Shown here: in pieces, positions 17,128 to 26,291 of the stretch
How the letters are laid out: the number at the start of each line of letters is the position of its first letter
Numbering within the stretch: the stretch's first letter is position 1
Virus record (IMG/VR): IMGVR_UViG_3300042303_000360
Span: 1-51,681 of that record
DNA length: 51,681 nucleotides
From: a virus
Taxonomy: Duplodnaviria > Caudoviricetes
Strand: one strand, 5' to 3'
The notes under the pieces: generated by a model
What the model was told of the DNA's origin: nothing
What the model saw: the letters and a program-made list of their open reading frames with translations, nothing else
The model's database searches: none
Program-made: the position numbers and the translations under genes

Positions 17128-19071
17128 TCAGGGAGGAGTGACGTTGATCCCGTCGAATTGGACTTGGGTGAGCGTTTCACCGGGGTCGAAACCGTCCAGG
17201 GTGAAGTTGATGGTGATCGGCCGCAAGAACTGCGCCGGCTGCTGGCTTTCGCTCAGCAGCTGGGTGCGAGTGGTAGTGGTGGTTTCGACCTGGAAGCGAC
17301 GGCTGCGGTCCATCACATTGTTCACGATTGCCTGGGTGATCGGGCTCGCCCAGATTGTGTTGATCACGGTCCAACGATCCACAGCTGGGGTGAGCACCAC
17401 TGCGGCCGGGATCGGGTCGAAGCTGGCATAGGGGTTGATCTTGCTACTGCCGGTCCGGCGCGTCTGCTCCAGGATGATCTCCTCGGTGTAAGGGAGCATC
17501 CAGTCCTGGGCGTTGTTCGTCGGCGCCTGGTAGATCGTCGGCGCGATCGGCAGCTGCAACGTGCCGTCAACGATCGCGGCCGTTTGCGTGATGCCCTGAT
17601 CGCGCAGGTCGTCATCGAGGAACGGGTCGACGAACACGCCGCGCTTGCTGCTCGGCTCGCGTGAGCTGATGTCGTTGCGCAGGCGCTCCAGCGCCACCAA
17701 GTCGAACAGGTCCACCACCAGCGAGCGGATGCGCTCCAGCTGGTCGAATGGGATCGCGCGGATGCCGTCGTTGCTGACGCCTGGTGTCAGGCCCCAGCGC
17801 TGCTCAATCGTCGCCAGGGCCAGCAGGTTGGGGGGCACGGCAGGAGGCAGTGGCGTGAAGCGGGAGCTGATGCCCTTCACCCGCGAGAAGTTGCCCTCGC
17901 GGTCGATGCACAGCCGGTCGTAGCGCGGCAGCTTCCACCGGTAGTCGGTGAGCACCAGCGTGCCGTTCACCGCGCCGGTGACAGTGAAGGTGCCAGCCTG
18001 TAGGTCGATCGCCGAGGGGGTGACATTGCCGAGGTATCGGTAGGTGATCGAGTAGGTCGAGCCGGGAGCCGGTTCAGCACCACCCGGACTCCAGTCCACC
18101 TTGTCGCCGTTCAGGAAGTAGTCGGTGGTGGCGACGTAGGAAGTAGCGCCCTGGGTGATGCTTTGGATGCTGAGCACCGACACGTCGGGCAGCGTGTCTT
18201 GGCCACCACTGAAGCCGCCCCTGGTGATCGTGACGGTCTTCTGCTGGGTAATCACCACCTCGAGAATGCTCTCGACCGGGAAGCGATTCAACTGGATGGT
18301 GGCGCTGCCACCGGTTGCGCCGGTGAAGGTGTCGGGTTCAGCGTCGATCAGCTCAAGTTCCGGGTCCTCGGCATAGGTGAGCCGGGTGCTGGCCAGCTTG
18401 TCGATCTTGTAGCCGAAGATGTTGCCGGTGCCGTCCTTGACTGAGAAGGTGTTGACGCCGGCCGCCAGACCTAGAGCGGTGACGCTGAGGCCGGTGACGA
18501 TGTAGTTGCCGTTGCTCTCGCGGTCGTAGCGCGCCAGCGCTTCGGTGAACGCATCGCCCAGGTTGTCGCCGCCTGGGTTGAGCAGCACACCGTCGATGAT
18601 CGTGTAGACGGGGTAGAAGACGCCGGTGCTGCCGTCGCCCTCGCGGCCCCATGCGGCGGTGACGCGCAGGCGGCCGGCGCCAGGTTCGGTGTAGTTGCGA
18701 GTGCCAACGGCAGGATCCCGCAGGTCGGAATCCTCAACCTCTGTGATCTCCGCATCGAGCAGGTAGACACCGACGCGGGCGATGCCGACCAAGGGGATGG
18801 TGACGTTGGCCGCGGCGATCTCGCGGACGGCGCCGCGCAGGTAGATCAGGCTGAGCGGGCAGGCGGCCGTGGTGCCGGTGATGGCCGGCGGCGTGCCGCT
18901 GATCACCGCGCCATCATTAAACACCGCATCAGCGATCCGCTTCAGGCGGTCAATGACGGTGCTCTGCACCTCGTTCAGCTCAGCCGACTGCAGGCCCTTG
19001 CCTGCACGGAAGAGGATCTCGTCGTAGCGATCGGCCGCGTCGAACCTGTTGTAGTAGCCGGTCAGCGTCAT
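17128..19071 (-). CDS. DUF4815-like baseplate/tail protein
   Basis: YYNRFD...LQSAELNEVQ; GVFVDPFLDDDLRDQG. Confidence 0.8.
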   Translation of the reverse strand: MTLTGYYNRFDAADRYDEILFRAGKGLQSAELNEVQSTVIDRLKRIADAVFNDGAVISGTPPAITGTTAACPLSLIYLRGAVREIAAANVTIPLVGIARVGVYLLDAEITEVEDSDLRDPAVGTRNYTEPGAGRLRVTAAWGREGDGSTGVFYPVYTIIDGVLLNPGGDNLGDAFTEALARYDRESNGNYIVTGLSVTALGLAAGVNTFSVKDGTGNIFGYKIDKLASTRLTYAEDPELELIDAEPDTFTGATGGSATIQLNRFPVESILEVVITQQKTVTITRGGFSGGQDTLPDVSVLSIQSITQGATSYVATTDYFLNGDKVDWSPGGAEPAPGSTYSITYRYLGNVTPSAIDLQAGTFTVTGAVNGTLVLTDYRWKLPRYDRLCIDREGNFSRVKGISSRFTPLPPAVPPNLLALATIEQRWGLTPGVSNDGIRAIPFDQLERIRSLVVDLFDLVALERLRNDISSREPSSKRGVFVDPFLDDDLRDQGITQTAAIVDGTLQLPIAPTIYQAPTNNAQDWMLPYTEEIILEQTRRTGSSKINPYASFDPIPAAVVLTPAVDRWTVINTIWASPITQAIVNNVMDRSRRFQVETTTTTRTQLLSESQQPAQFLRPITINFTLDGFDPGETLTQVQFDGINVTPP

Positions 19072-19556
19072 CAGAAGGTCACCACGAACTCAAACAGCTG
19101 ACGGGTTGTGATCTCACGCACGATAGGCGCGCGGCGCTCGATCACCAGCATGGTGCCAGGCTGCGCCACCTGCGCAGGCAGCAGATAGAACTGGCCAGCG
19201 GGCACACCAGCGGCCGCCACCGTGTCGAGGAAGATCGCCATCTCACGGATGGTGGAGCCGACGGCATCCTCAAACTCGAAGAAGAACCGGAAGTAGAGGT
19301 TGTTGGTCGGTGTCGCGGTGATGTCGAACTGCCCCTCGGGGACTCTGATCGCGCCGTTGGTGGCCGGCGTGCAGAACTCCACCTGGTTGGACTTGCGGCG
19401 GGCGATCTCCGCCAGCAGCGCGGTGCTGTTGGCGGGCGGATCCGGCGGCGAGTTACCCCATCCTGTGCTGCCACTGCCCCAGGCCATGTGAGCCGTGCGC
19501 GCCTTGATCGCAATAGCAATAGCGGTGCGCCCGCTCGTGGTCAGGATCGCCGCCAT
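19071..19556 (-). CDS. Baseplate/tail-collar protein
   Basis: AILTTSGR.AIA...HMAWGSG; GGAGG RBS. Confidence 0.75.
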   Translation of the reverse strand: MAAILTTSGRTAIAIAIKARTAHMAWGSGSTGWGNSPPDPPANSTALLAEIARRKSNQVEFCTPATNGAIRVPEGQFDITATPTNNLYFRFFFEFEDAVGSTIREMAIFLDTVAAAGVPAGQFYLLPAQVAQPGTMLVIERRAPIVREITTRQLFEFVVTF

Positions 19557-19581
19557 GTCCTCCCCTTAATCGCTCCCCATG

Positions 19582-20421
19582 CTACGCGGTCTGTGTGGTG
19601 ACAGAGCTTGAGGCAACAGCGTTCACATCGCCCCATGTGGTTGGCTGCCACTTGATTGCTGCCCATGTTTGCCCCTGGTATTTTCCGCTCACCCCTTCCT
19701 GGGTGGAGATCAGCGCCGGGTGATTGATCGTGTGCCATTCCTCATCCAGCTTGCTGCGCGACAGGATGAACCGATCGTTCATCCCTGCCAGCACGTTGAT
19801 CACATCGGTGTGTGTGCTGGCGACAGTGGCGTTTTCCAGCACCAGGCTGGCGTGAATCTGGCCGTAGCTGATCTGCGGCCAGTCTGGCCGAGGCCTCACA
19901 CCACTGTGGTCGCTGAGCATTCCACCGTCGCTCAGCAGGCTGTCGTCCAGCACGAACCGGCGGAAGTCGTAGACCGCGTAGATCCGCTGCAGTCTGCTGC
20001 GCACCGGGCTGCTGATCCGCGCAATCGCCATCACCTGGTCGATCACGTCTTCGCCGTTTGTCGCAGCAGCAAGCCCCAGCTGGTATTCAGCCCATCGGGC
20101 GGTGCCGCCCTCTGACTCTTCGACCAGGCCCGTGACGCCAATCCAACCCAGCGCGATCCGAACCGACTCTGGGGTGCCGCGCACCCGCTGCCACTGCACG
20201 CCCTCCTGCAGGGCGCGGCGCTGATCGACCAGGTACGGCACCAGCTCGCCCAGGCCGTACTCGTAGATCAGCCATGGAACCACCGCGTCGGGGATGTCGA
20301 TGCGCTTGGCGGTACGGATCGTGGGGATCGGTGGCCCCACACGCTCAAAGCTGCTGGTGCTGCGGGAGAAGTCGCGCTCGAGCTGCGTTGAGTTGGGCGG
20401 TAGCAGGTCGTACCGGCTCAT
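19582..20421 (-). CDS. P2 GpI-like tail protein
   Basis: DLLPPNSTQLERD...PWLIYEY...RGTP. Confidence 0.85.
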   Translation of the reverse strand: MSRYDLLPPNSTQLERDFSRSTSSFERVGPPIPTIRTAKRIDIPDAVVPWLIYEYGLGELVPYLVDQRRALQEGVQWQRVRGTPESVRIALGWIGVTGLVEESEGGTARWAEYQLGLAAATNGEDVIDQVMAIARISSPVRSRLQRIYAVYDFRRFVLDDSLLSDGGMLSDHSGVRPRPDWPQISYGQIHASLVLENATVASTHTDVINVLAGMNDRFILSRSKLDEEWHTINHPALISTQEGVSGKYQGQTWAAIKWQPTTWGDVNAVASSSVTTQTA

Positions 20422-21389
20422 CGGTCACGGCCCGCCAAAATCAGTGTGATGCTCCCCAGCGCAGGCGCATCACTGGGCTGGCAGATTACGTTCGCTGTTG
20501 GCGCTGTCAAGACCACACGTTGCACACCGGCGGGGTGCAGCTGGGCAATCAGCCAGCTGGTGGTCACGTCCCAGCCCAGGCCGGATTGCGCGGCAAAGGC
20601 ATCGCGCAGGCGTTGCTGCAGGCCGTTGAAAACCTCGATCGGTGTGCCCGGGTAGAGGTAGACCTGGGCTGCGACGTTGACCGTGATGATGTTGGCGCTC
20701 TGCACCGTCACGGTGTCGGTCAGCACCCGCACCTCATCGGCCTGCAGGCGGCTGTCCACCACCTCGATCAGCTCAGCACTGGCCAAGCCATAGCCGCCAC
20801 CGGCCTGCACAAAGGCCAGGATCCGGGCGCGATACGCCGCGTCGGTTTCGTTGGCGTTGCGGGTGATGCCGTAGGCGGTGCCCAACTGATCCAGGGCCTC
20901 ACCCGTTGCGGCAGGCACCTGCTCGCCTTCCTTGCTCAGGATCGCCACGGCCACGACCCCGGGGGTGGGGCTGCTGATCGCCGCGTCCTTCACCTGATCG
21001 TCAGCCGTCAGCGCCTGGTAGCGATACCAGGCCGCACCGCCTGCGGTGCTGCTGCCCATGATGCGCTCGATCGTGCGCAGGCGCAGCGCCTCGTCGCTTT
21101 CGCCCTCCAGGCGGGTAACGCCATAGAAGGCCGCCAGGTTGTCCATGTCAGCGCCCAGGGCGTAGCGCAGCAGCGTGGCCTGCAGCGCATCGTTCACCCG
21201 CTGGCGCAGGATCAGCTCGCGGGCTGCCGCCACTTCCAGGATCTTGACACCCGGATCGCTCTCCAGGATCTCGGTATAGCTGGGATCACGGGCCTGCAGA
21301 TCCGCGATCATCTGGGCCAGGATCGTCTCGTAATCCAGTTCCTCGATGATCGTGGGTTCTGGGATGGAGCTGAAGTCGATCGCGCTCAT
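20418..21389 (-). CDS. P2 GpJ-like baseplate protein
   Basis: IDFSSIPEPTIIEELDYE, LESDPGVKILE, EVRVLTDTVTV. Confidence 0.92.
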   Translation of the reverse strand: MSAIDFSSIPEPTIIEELDYETILAQMIADLQARDPSYTEILESDPGVKILEVAAARELILRQRVNDALQATLLRYALGADMDNLAAFYGVTRLEGESDEALRLRTIERIMGSSTAGGAAWYRYQALTADDQVKDAAISSPTPGVVAVAILSKEGEQVPAATGEALDQLGTAYGITRNANETDAAYRARILAFVQAGGGYGLASAELIEVVDSRLQADEVRVLTDTVTVQSANIITVNVAAQVYLYPGTPIEVFNGLQQRLRDAFAAQSGLGWDVTTSWLIAQLHPAGVQRVVLTAPTANVICQPSDAPALGSITLILAGRDR

Positions 21390-21730
21390 CAGATCACCAG
21401 TCCCTCGATCTCGATGCGCTCACCGTTCAGCAGATAGTAGCCAACCAGGCTCAGCTCGATCTGCCCGGCATCGCTCACGTTGTCGATCCGCACCTGCTCC
21501 AGCCTCAATCGCGGCTCCCATCGTTCCAATGCCTCAGCCGTGGCAGCCACCAGCTCAGCCACCAGGCTGGCGTTGATCGGGCGGTCCACCAGACGCGGCA
21601 GCCTGCTGCCGTAGTCGCGCCGATAGACGCGGGTGCCGATCGGCGTGGTGAGAATGTCCTGGATTGATTGCCGCAGGTGATCAAAGCCACCCAGCTGGGT
21701 GCCGCTGCTGCGGCTCATCCCGCCCGCCAT
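21389..21730 (-). CDS. GpW/gp25 baseplate wedge protein
   Basis: HLRQSIQDILTTPIGTRVYRRDYGS...WEPRL. Confidence 0.95.
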   Translation of the reverse strand: MAGGMSRSSGTQLGGFDHLRQSIQDILTTPIGTRVYRRDYGSRLPRLVDRPINASLVAELVAATAEALERWEPRLRLEQVRIDNVSDAGQIELSLVGYYLLNGERIEIEGLVI

Positions 21731-21741
21731 GGCCGCGCCTC

Positions 21742-22260
21742 CTACGGGTTCAGGTCGATTCTCGCACCGACGATCTTCACGTCGCCATCGGCCTCGATGT
21801 CGATCTTGCCGGTGGCCTTGATCCGCACGTCGCCCTTGACGTCCATCAACAGCTTGTGGGCTTCGCGGTCGTACTCGATCACCGTGCCGTCGTCGTAGGT
21901 GCGGCGCTGCAGGCCGGCCCGGTTGCCGTTTGCGTTGCCGTCGGAGAACAGGCCGGGGATGGCAACGCCATTGGCCAGCTCACCCGACGGGGCCAGCAGC
22001 ATCACCACCTCGCCCACTTCCGGCGGATCCCACACGCGATCCTTGCCCGCGCGCGGCGTGAACCATGGCACCCAGTCGGAGAGGATCTCACCGTCCTGGA
22101 GCTGCACGCGCAGCGCGGGAAAGCCAGCGGTCTGGCCCGTGTAGTCGACTTCTGCCACGGTGCCGTAGCGGGCGACGTTGCTGAGCCGCCGCGCGTGATC
22201 GGTGTTCTCAGCAGAGCCGACACCAGCGGTCAGCTGGTCGGAGCGATTAACGCCCAGCAT
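21742..22260 (-). CDS. Baseplate spike protein (P2 GpV-like)
   Basis: RAGKDRVWDPPEVGEVVMLLAPSGE; DGTVIEYD. Confidence 0.92.
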   Translation of the reverse strand: MLGVNRSDQLTAGVGSAENTDHARRLSNVARYGTVAEVDYTGQTAGFPALRVQLQDGEILSDWVPWFTPRAGKDRVWDPPEVGEVVMLLAPSGELANGVAIPGLFSDGNANGNRAGLQRRTYDDGTVIEYDREAHKLLMDVKGDVRIKATGKIDIEADGDVKIVGARIDLNP

Positions 22261-22615
22261 CGGCGGCCTTCCACAGGTAACGGATCACGCCAGGGATCTC
22301 GGCGCCGGTCGGGGCCACTTCGAGGGCGTCCTTGATGAGCAGCTGCGAGGCCAGCATGTGGACGCCGTGGCGAATGCCATGCGGCTCAGCCTCGCCGATG
22401 GGGCGGCCGATGACGGCTTCAGCGGCTGTGCTCGCCAGGCCCAGGGCCGTGCTGAGCCGTGCGCGGTCCGGCTGCTCGATGCCCATGAACGCCGCCAGGC
22501 TGTCGACGTTCAGCGGCAGGTCCTGCACGTAGGCCTCGTTGCGCTCTGGGGTGCTGGGGTCGTCGGCTTGGAACTGCCCCTCGGTGGTGCGTGCGCGCTT
22601 GCGGGTGGTGGCCAT
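22247..22615 (-). CDS. Head-tail connector-like protein (HK97 gp6-like helical domain)
   Basis: Helical pattern ending PGVIRYLW; N-terminal RART.EGQFQADDPSTP motif. Confidence 0.5.
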   Translation of the reverse strand: MATTRKRARTTEGQFQADDPSTPERNEAYVQDLPLNVDSLAAFMGIEQPDRARLSTALGLASTAAEAVIGRPIGEAEPHGIRHGVHMLASQLLIKDALEVAPTGAEIPGVIRYLWKAADAGR

Positions 22616-23220
22616 CAGTTGATCGGCTCCTCTTGGCTGAATAGCTCGGCCTCACCAATGGGGCAGGCCTCGCCGGTATTGCCCACCGGGCAGCCGGGGG
22701 TGACTTGGCCACCAGGATAGGAGCCGCTGCGCTCCAGGGGCCCATCGCCTGCGGCTGCTGCGTCGTCCACATAGGGGTTGCTGCAGTCGCGGTAGGGGCG
22801 CCGGTAGGTCACCTCGTAGCGCAGCGTGGTGGCGCCGGTGGTGAGCGCACCATCGAACTCAGGATCGTCGCTGCGGGTGTCGAGGTAGAAGGCGTCGCTC
22901 GACTCAAAGCCAGGGATGATCCAGCTCTGCAGGGCGGCCTCGACCTGATCGGCCATGCTGTCGAGGTCTTCGTCGATGTCGTCGAAGCTCTGCGCGATGC
23001 AGATCACGGAGACGATGCAGCGGCGCCGCTCGAAGCCATTCCAGCCGGAGGGGCTGCGTTCCTGCAGCTCGTCAGGCTCGCGGGTGTGGATGACGATCGC
23101 TGGCAGCTGCGGCTCCTCGATCGGCATCAGGCGGCCCTTGTAGACCCGATCCTCTGCGGCGGTGACGTTGAGCAGGCGAGAGACGAATGCGGCTCGAAGC
23201 TGCGTGCGGGGGTGGGTCAT
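22615..23220 (-). CDS. Putative tail terminator/completion protein
   Basis: HPRTQLRAAFV...RVYKGR..P...LPAIVIHT; position. Confidence 0.65.
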   Translation of the reverse strand: MTHPRTQLRAAFVSRLLNVTAAEDRVYKGRLMPIEEPQLPAIVIHTREPDELQERSPSGWNGFERRRCIVSVICIAQSFDDIDEDLDSMADQVEAALQSWIIPGFESSDAFYLDTRSDDPEFDGALTTGATTLRYEVTYRRPYRDCSNPYVDDAAAAGDGPLERSGSYPGGQVTPGCPVGNTGEACPIGEAELFSQEEPIN

Positions 23221-23567
23221 GGCGGCGCCAGCAAATACGTTCCGCTGAGGTGGTGGGCGTCCATCAGCCCCGATAGCTCAGCAACGTGGGCTGCGGTCAG
23301 TTCCACCTGGCCCAGCAGTAGCCAGATGGCACCTTGCATGGCTGCGGGGTTCACGCGGCCCGCCATGGCGTCTTGGATGGCTGAGACGAAGATGGCCAGT
23401 GCCTTGGCTTGCTCTGCCGTGGCGGGCGTCTGCAGCAGCGCCTGATAGGTCATGCTGCTGAGTAGGCCGTTGTAGAAGCCTGGGTAGTCGGGCTCCGGCG
23501 CGTCGCCTGGAATCTCCAGCGCCTGGATGACCTGCCCGTTGTTATCGAATAAGACGACGCGGCTCAT
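23217..23567 (-). CDS. Hypothetical protein (possible fibre chaperone)
   Basis: 116 aa, in the operon after a fibre-like gene. Confidence 0.65.
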   Translation of the reverse strand: MSRVVLFDNNGQVIQALEIPGDAPEPDYPGFYNGLLSSMTYQALLQTPATAEQAKALAIFVSAIQDAMAGRVNPAAMQGAIWLLLGQVELTAAHVAELSGLMDAHHLSGTYLLAPP

Positions 23568-23568
23568 G

Positions 23569-24243
23569 TCACACCCCCAGGAAACAAACGGGTCGGGAGA
23601 CGTTACTGACTTGAAGTGACCCCGCTGTCGCTGGCAGCGATGTCTGCCCTGCCTGCCGCAGGACTGTTACAATGGCCCCAGCGCTGGTAAATTCGCCAGC
23701 AGGTGCAACATTCGCTAGGTTTGCCACAAACGAAGGCGTTGCGCCGCCTGCTGTTGCCAGAAATGCCAGCCAATACCAGCCGGGTGACACCGATTGATTG
23801 ATTGCTGCCGCATACGTTGCTGCGCCGCTGGCTGTAATCTGCAGCGCTGCGTCTACAATCTTGGTCGTCGGACGTGAACCACTGTTGTTGTAGATACCCA
23901 GTAGCACGTCTGTCGTTCCAGCGTATGTTGTATGTGTACGGCAGATTAGCTGAGTCGCTGGAACTGCCTCGGGAATAAAGATCTGGTGATATTCGACAAA
24001 GTTTAGCTGTGCGGAAACATTGGTCAGAGCTCCGGTCCTACAGTTATTCGGCGCCAGCATCGACCCGCTGCCGCCGCTCCATGGCGCCAGGCCGGGGGAG
24101 GGGAGGCCGCCGCCGCCAGGCGCCCCCCAAGCAGGAGGTTGCCCAGGGCCCTGTGACGTGATCTGCTGACCAGCAGTGCCGGCCGACCCGTTCAGCAGCA
24201 GGCCAGCCTTGAAGTCAGGTGGCGTCAGAAACTCCCTGGCCAT
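23569..24243 (-). CDS. Head/neck fibre-like protein with a lower-GC C-terminal domain
   Basis: GSAGTAGQQITSQGPGQPPAW linker; composition shift below about 24060. Confidence 0.65.
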   Translation of the reverse strand: MAREFLTPPDFKAGLLLNGSAGTAGQQITSQGPGQPPAWGAPGGGGLPSPGLAPWSGGSGSMLAPNNCRTGALTNVSAQLNFVEYHQIFIPEAVPATQLICRTHTTYAGTTDVLLGIYNNSGSRPTTKIVDAALQITASGAATYAAAINQSVSPGWYWLAFLATAGGATPSFVANLANVAPAGEFTSAGAIVTVLRQAGQTSLPATAGSLQVSNVSRPVCFLGV

Positions 24244-25034
24244 CAGCCCATCACCACTACACGGAAGGCGTTAGTTGCGGGAGCCGTCGCAAAGATCACT
24301 GCCACCGCGTTCACACTGGTGCGCTGCACGTCCACCTCCACGTCATCGAAGCTGCCCGAGTTTGGGAATACCCGCACCAACACGTCACGGGTGTTGAAGT
24401 TGTGCGTCACCGTGTAGCTGGTAGCGCTGCCATCGCCCACGTTCGCCGATAACTTCCGCAGCCGCCCAGACCAGCCGGCCAGTGTCTGCGGCGACACTGC
24501 CAGATCAGCAGCGGTGCCAGTGTCGACCTCAGCCTGGGTCGCCAAGCGCACGATCCCAGCCTGGGTGGTGCTGGCCGCCGGGGCGCTGGTGCCCATCACC
24601 GTCCAGCTCACCGCCGTGCTGTCCAGGGTGCCGTTCACCGCTGTCTGCCGGTAGGTCACGCCAGCACCGGTGCCTTCCTCCACCGTGGTGGTGGCCTGCT
24701 CCAGTTCCGCGAAGGTGTTGGCATCGAGCGCCCGGACCATCGCCGTCGCGGCGCCGTTCCACACGTAGATGCCGTTCTGAGCGCCTGCGGTCTGCGCGCG
24801 CACCAGCAACCGGTCACCGCTGACCATCGTGATGCCGTCAATCGTCGCGCCAGGGCTGGCCAGGTTCAGGTTCGCCTGGGTGGCCACGCGGCATGAATCC
24901 TTCCACGCCAGGCCCTCAACGGCCGAATCCACGTACCCCTTGTTTGCTGCGTCGCCACTTGCAGTAGGCGCCGGCAGGTTGGTGACCTTCGAGACTCCCT
25001 GGAAGTCGAAGTCGGTGAAAATGTTGCGGGGCAT
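24243..25034 (-). CDS. Head/neck fibre-like virion protein
   Basis: DAANKGYVD..VEGLAWKDSCRVAT..GDRLLVRAQT..QNGIYV; VTHNFNTRDV. Confidence 0.75.
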   Translation of the reverse strand: MPRNIFTDFDFQGVSKVTNLPAPTASGDAANKGYVDSAVEGLAWKDSCRVATQANLNLASPGATIDGITMVSGDRLLVRAQTAGAQNGIYVWNGAATAMVRALDANTFAELEQATTTVEEGTGAGVTYRQTAVNGTLDSTAVSWTVMGTSAPAASTTQAGIVRLATQAEVDTGTAADLAVSPQTLAGWSGRLRKLSANVGDGSATSYTVTHNFNTRDVLVRVFPNSGSFDDVEVDVQRTSVNAVAVIFATAPATNAFRVVVMG

Positions 25035-25041
25035 GGTGTCC

Positions 25042-25563
25042 TCAGATCAGGCGGGCGAGTCCAGCAGTTGCTGGGTTCAGTGTAACGACGGTTTGATTCA
25101 CGCTCGGATGTGCAATCTCCGCGTCAATCTCTTGCATCCCACTGTTGAACAGTTCGACGCTGGGGCGATACCCCAGGTTGTGGTTGATCGTCCACGTCGT
25201 CGCTGGTGTGGATTGCGTGTGGACGTAGGCCGACACGCCTCCGCCAGTTGACCCCAGCGGGGCGTAGCGGGCGTCGCCCTCGCTCTGGGTGAGATAGCCA
25301 GGGTGGGGATCTGCGGCCTGCTCATGCGCCGCAACGGCAGCGGCCGGAGCACCGAGCGCCGCATAGGCCGCGTTCGCCTCGGTGCCGGTCAGGTAGCCGG
25401 GATGCGGGTCGGCCGCGTCAGCATGAGCAGCCACTGCATCTTCTGCAGCGCCAGCGAGCTCGCGCTCCTCGATCGCATCCTCCAGCTTGTTCAGGTTGCC
25501 ATCGTGCTCCTGAGCAGTCAGCGGGCTGCCCTTGATCAGTCGTCGGATCAGATTCAGGGCCAT
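25042..25563 (-). CDS. Virion accessory protein with a duplicated AADPHPGYLT motif
   Basis: KGSPLT..EHDGN; two AAH..AADPHPGYLT repeats; WTINHNLGYRP. Confidence 0.75.
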   Translation of the reverse strand: MALNLIRRLIKGSPLTAQEHDGNLNKLEDAIEERELAGAAEDAVAAHADAADPHPGYLTGTEANAAYAALGAPAAAVAAHEQAADPHPGYLTQSEGDARYAPLGSTGGGVSAYVHTQSTPATTWTINHNLGYRPSVELFNSGMQEIDAEIAHPSVNQTVVTLNPATAGLARLI

Positions 25564-25928
25564 CAGGCAAACACTCCAACCTCGAAAACACCTGGGTTGA
25601 ACACCGCCGGCGGCGGCATCCGATGCAGCATCAGCAGCCAGCCGCCATGCCCATCAGGCTGCGGATCTCGCACCTTGAACAGGCCGCCGCGCACCTCCAC
25701 CTCATCGCCTTGTTTCGGCTCGATCGCCAGCTCAGCACCGTTGATCAGCAGCACCGGCTGCGTCGATCGCACCTGCACTCCGGTCTCAGGATCCAGTCCG
25801 ACGTGGCTGGCCTGGTAGACACCGCCAATCTCGTGCACATCAGAGCCCCGGCGATAGGTGATAGGGGATCGCTCCCCCATCACCTTCACCACCGCCTTCA
25901 GGGCCAGACTGGCGATGTCTGGCAGCAT
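25563..25928 (-). CDS. Head-tail joining protein (lambda gpFII-like)
   Basis: PKQGDEV.V....FKV..PQPDGHG; position. Confidence 0.7.
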   Translation of the reverse strand: MLPDIASLALKAVVKVMGERSPITYRRGSDVHEIGGVYQASHVGLDPETGVQVRSTQPVLLINGAELAIEPKQGDEVEVRGGLFKVRDPQPDGHGGWLLMLHRMPPPAVFNPGVFEVGVFA

Positions 25929-26254
25929 CAGTCGAGACGCACGCGCGCCACTGCATCAGCGGTGGCCTTGGCCGCCAGGAACAAACCCACCCGGGTGTTG
26001 CTGGTCACAACCGGCGTGATCCGACGGTTGGTGTTATCCCAGTAGGCGATGGCGCCCACAACGGCATCGGTGCCGGCGCCGGTGGCGGCGGTCAGGTCAT
26101 ACACACCCTCGGTGTGGATGTTGGTGCTGGCGCCAGAAGCGCCATCCACCACGCACACACCGAACAGTTGGCCGACCAGCACGCCTTCACCCGAATTGCG
26201 GGCGTACGGGAGGGCGACCTCCACGTACTTGCCGTCTTGAACGAAGTTCTTCAT
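25928..26254 (-). CDS. DUF2190-like capsid decoration/cement protein
   Basis: MKNFVQDG...SGEGVLVG.LFGV...EGVYDL...YWD. Confidence 0.85.
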   Translation of the reverse strand: MKNFVQDGKYVEVALPYARNSGEGVLVGQLFGVCVVDGASGASTNIHTEGVYDLTAATGAGTDAVVGAIAYWDNTNRRITPVVTSNTRVGLFLAAKATADAVARVRLD

Positions 26255-26291
26255 GGATCAGTCCTCAAAGGATGGTTGGAAGAAAGCCGGA

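Noticed and set aside
12695-19071. Diversity-generating retroelement or invertible fibre switch
   Set aside because: No reverse transcriptase, invertase or template/variable repeat pair seen
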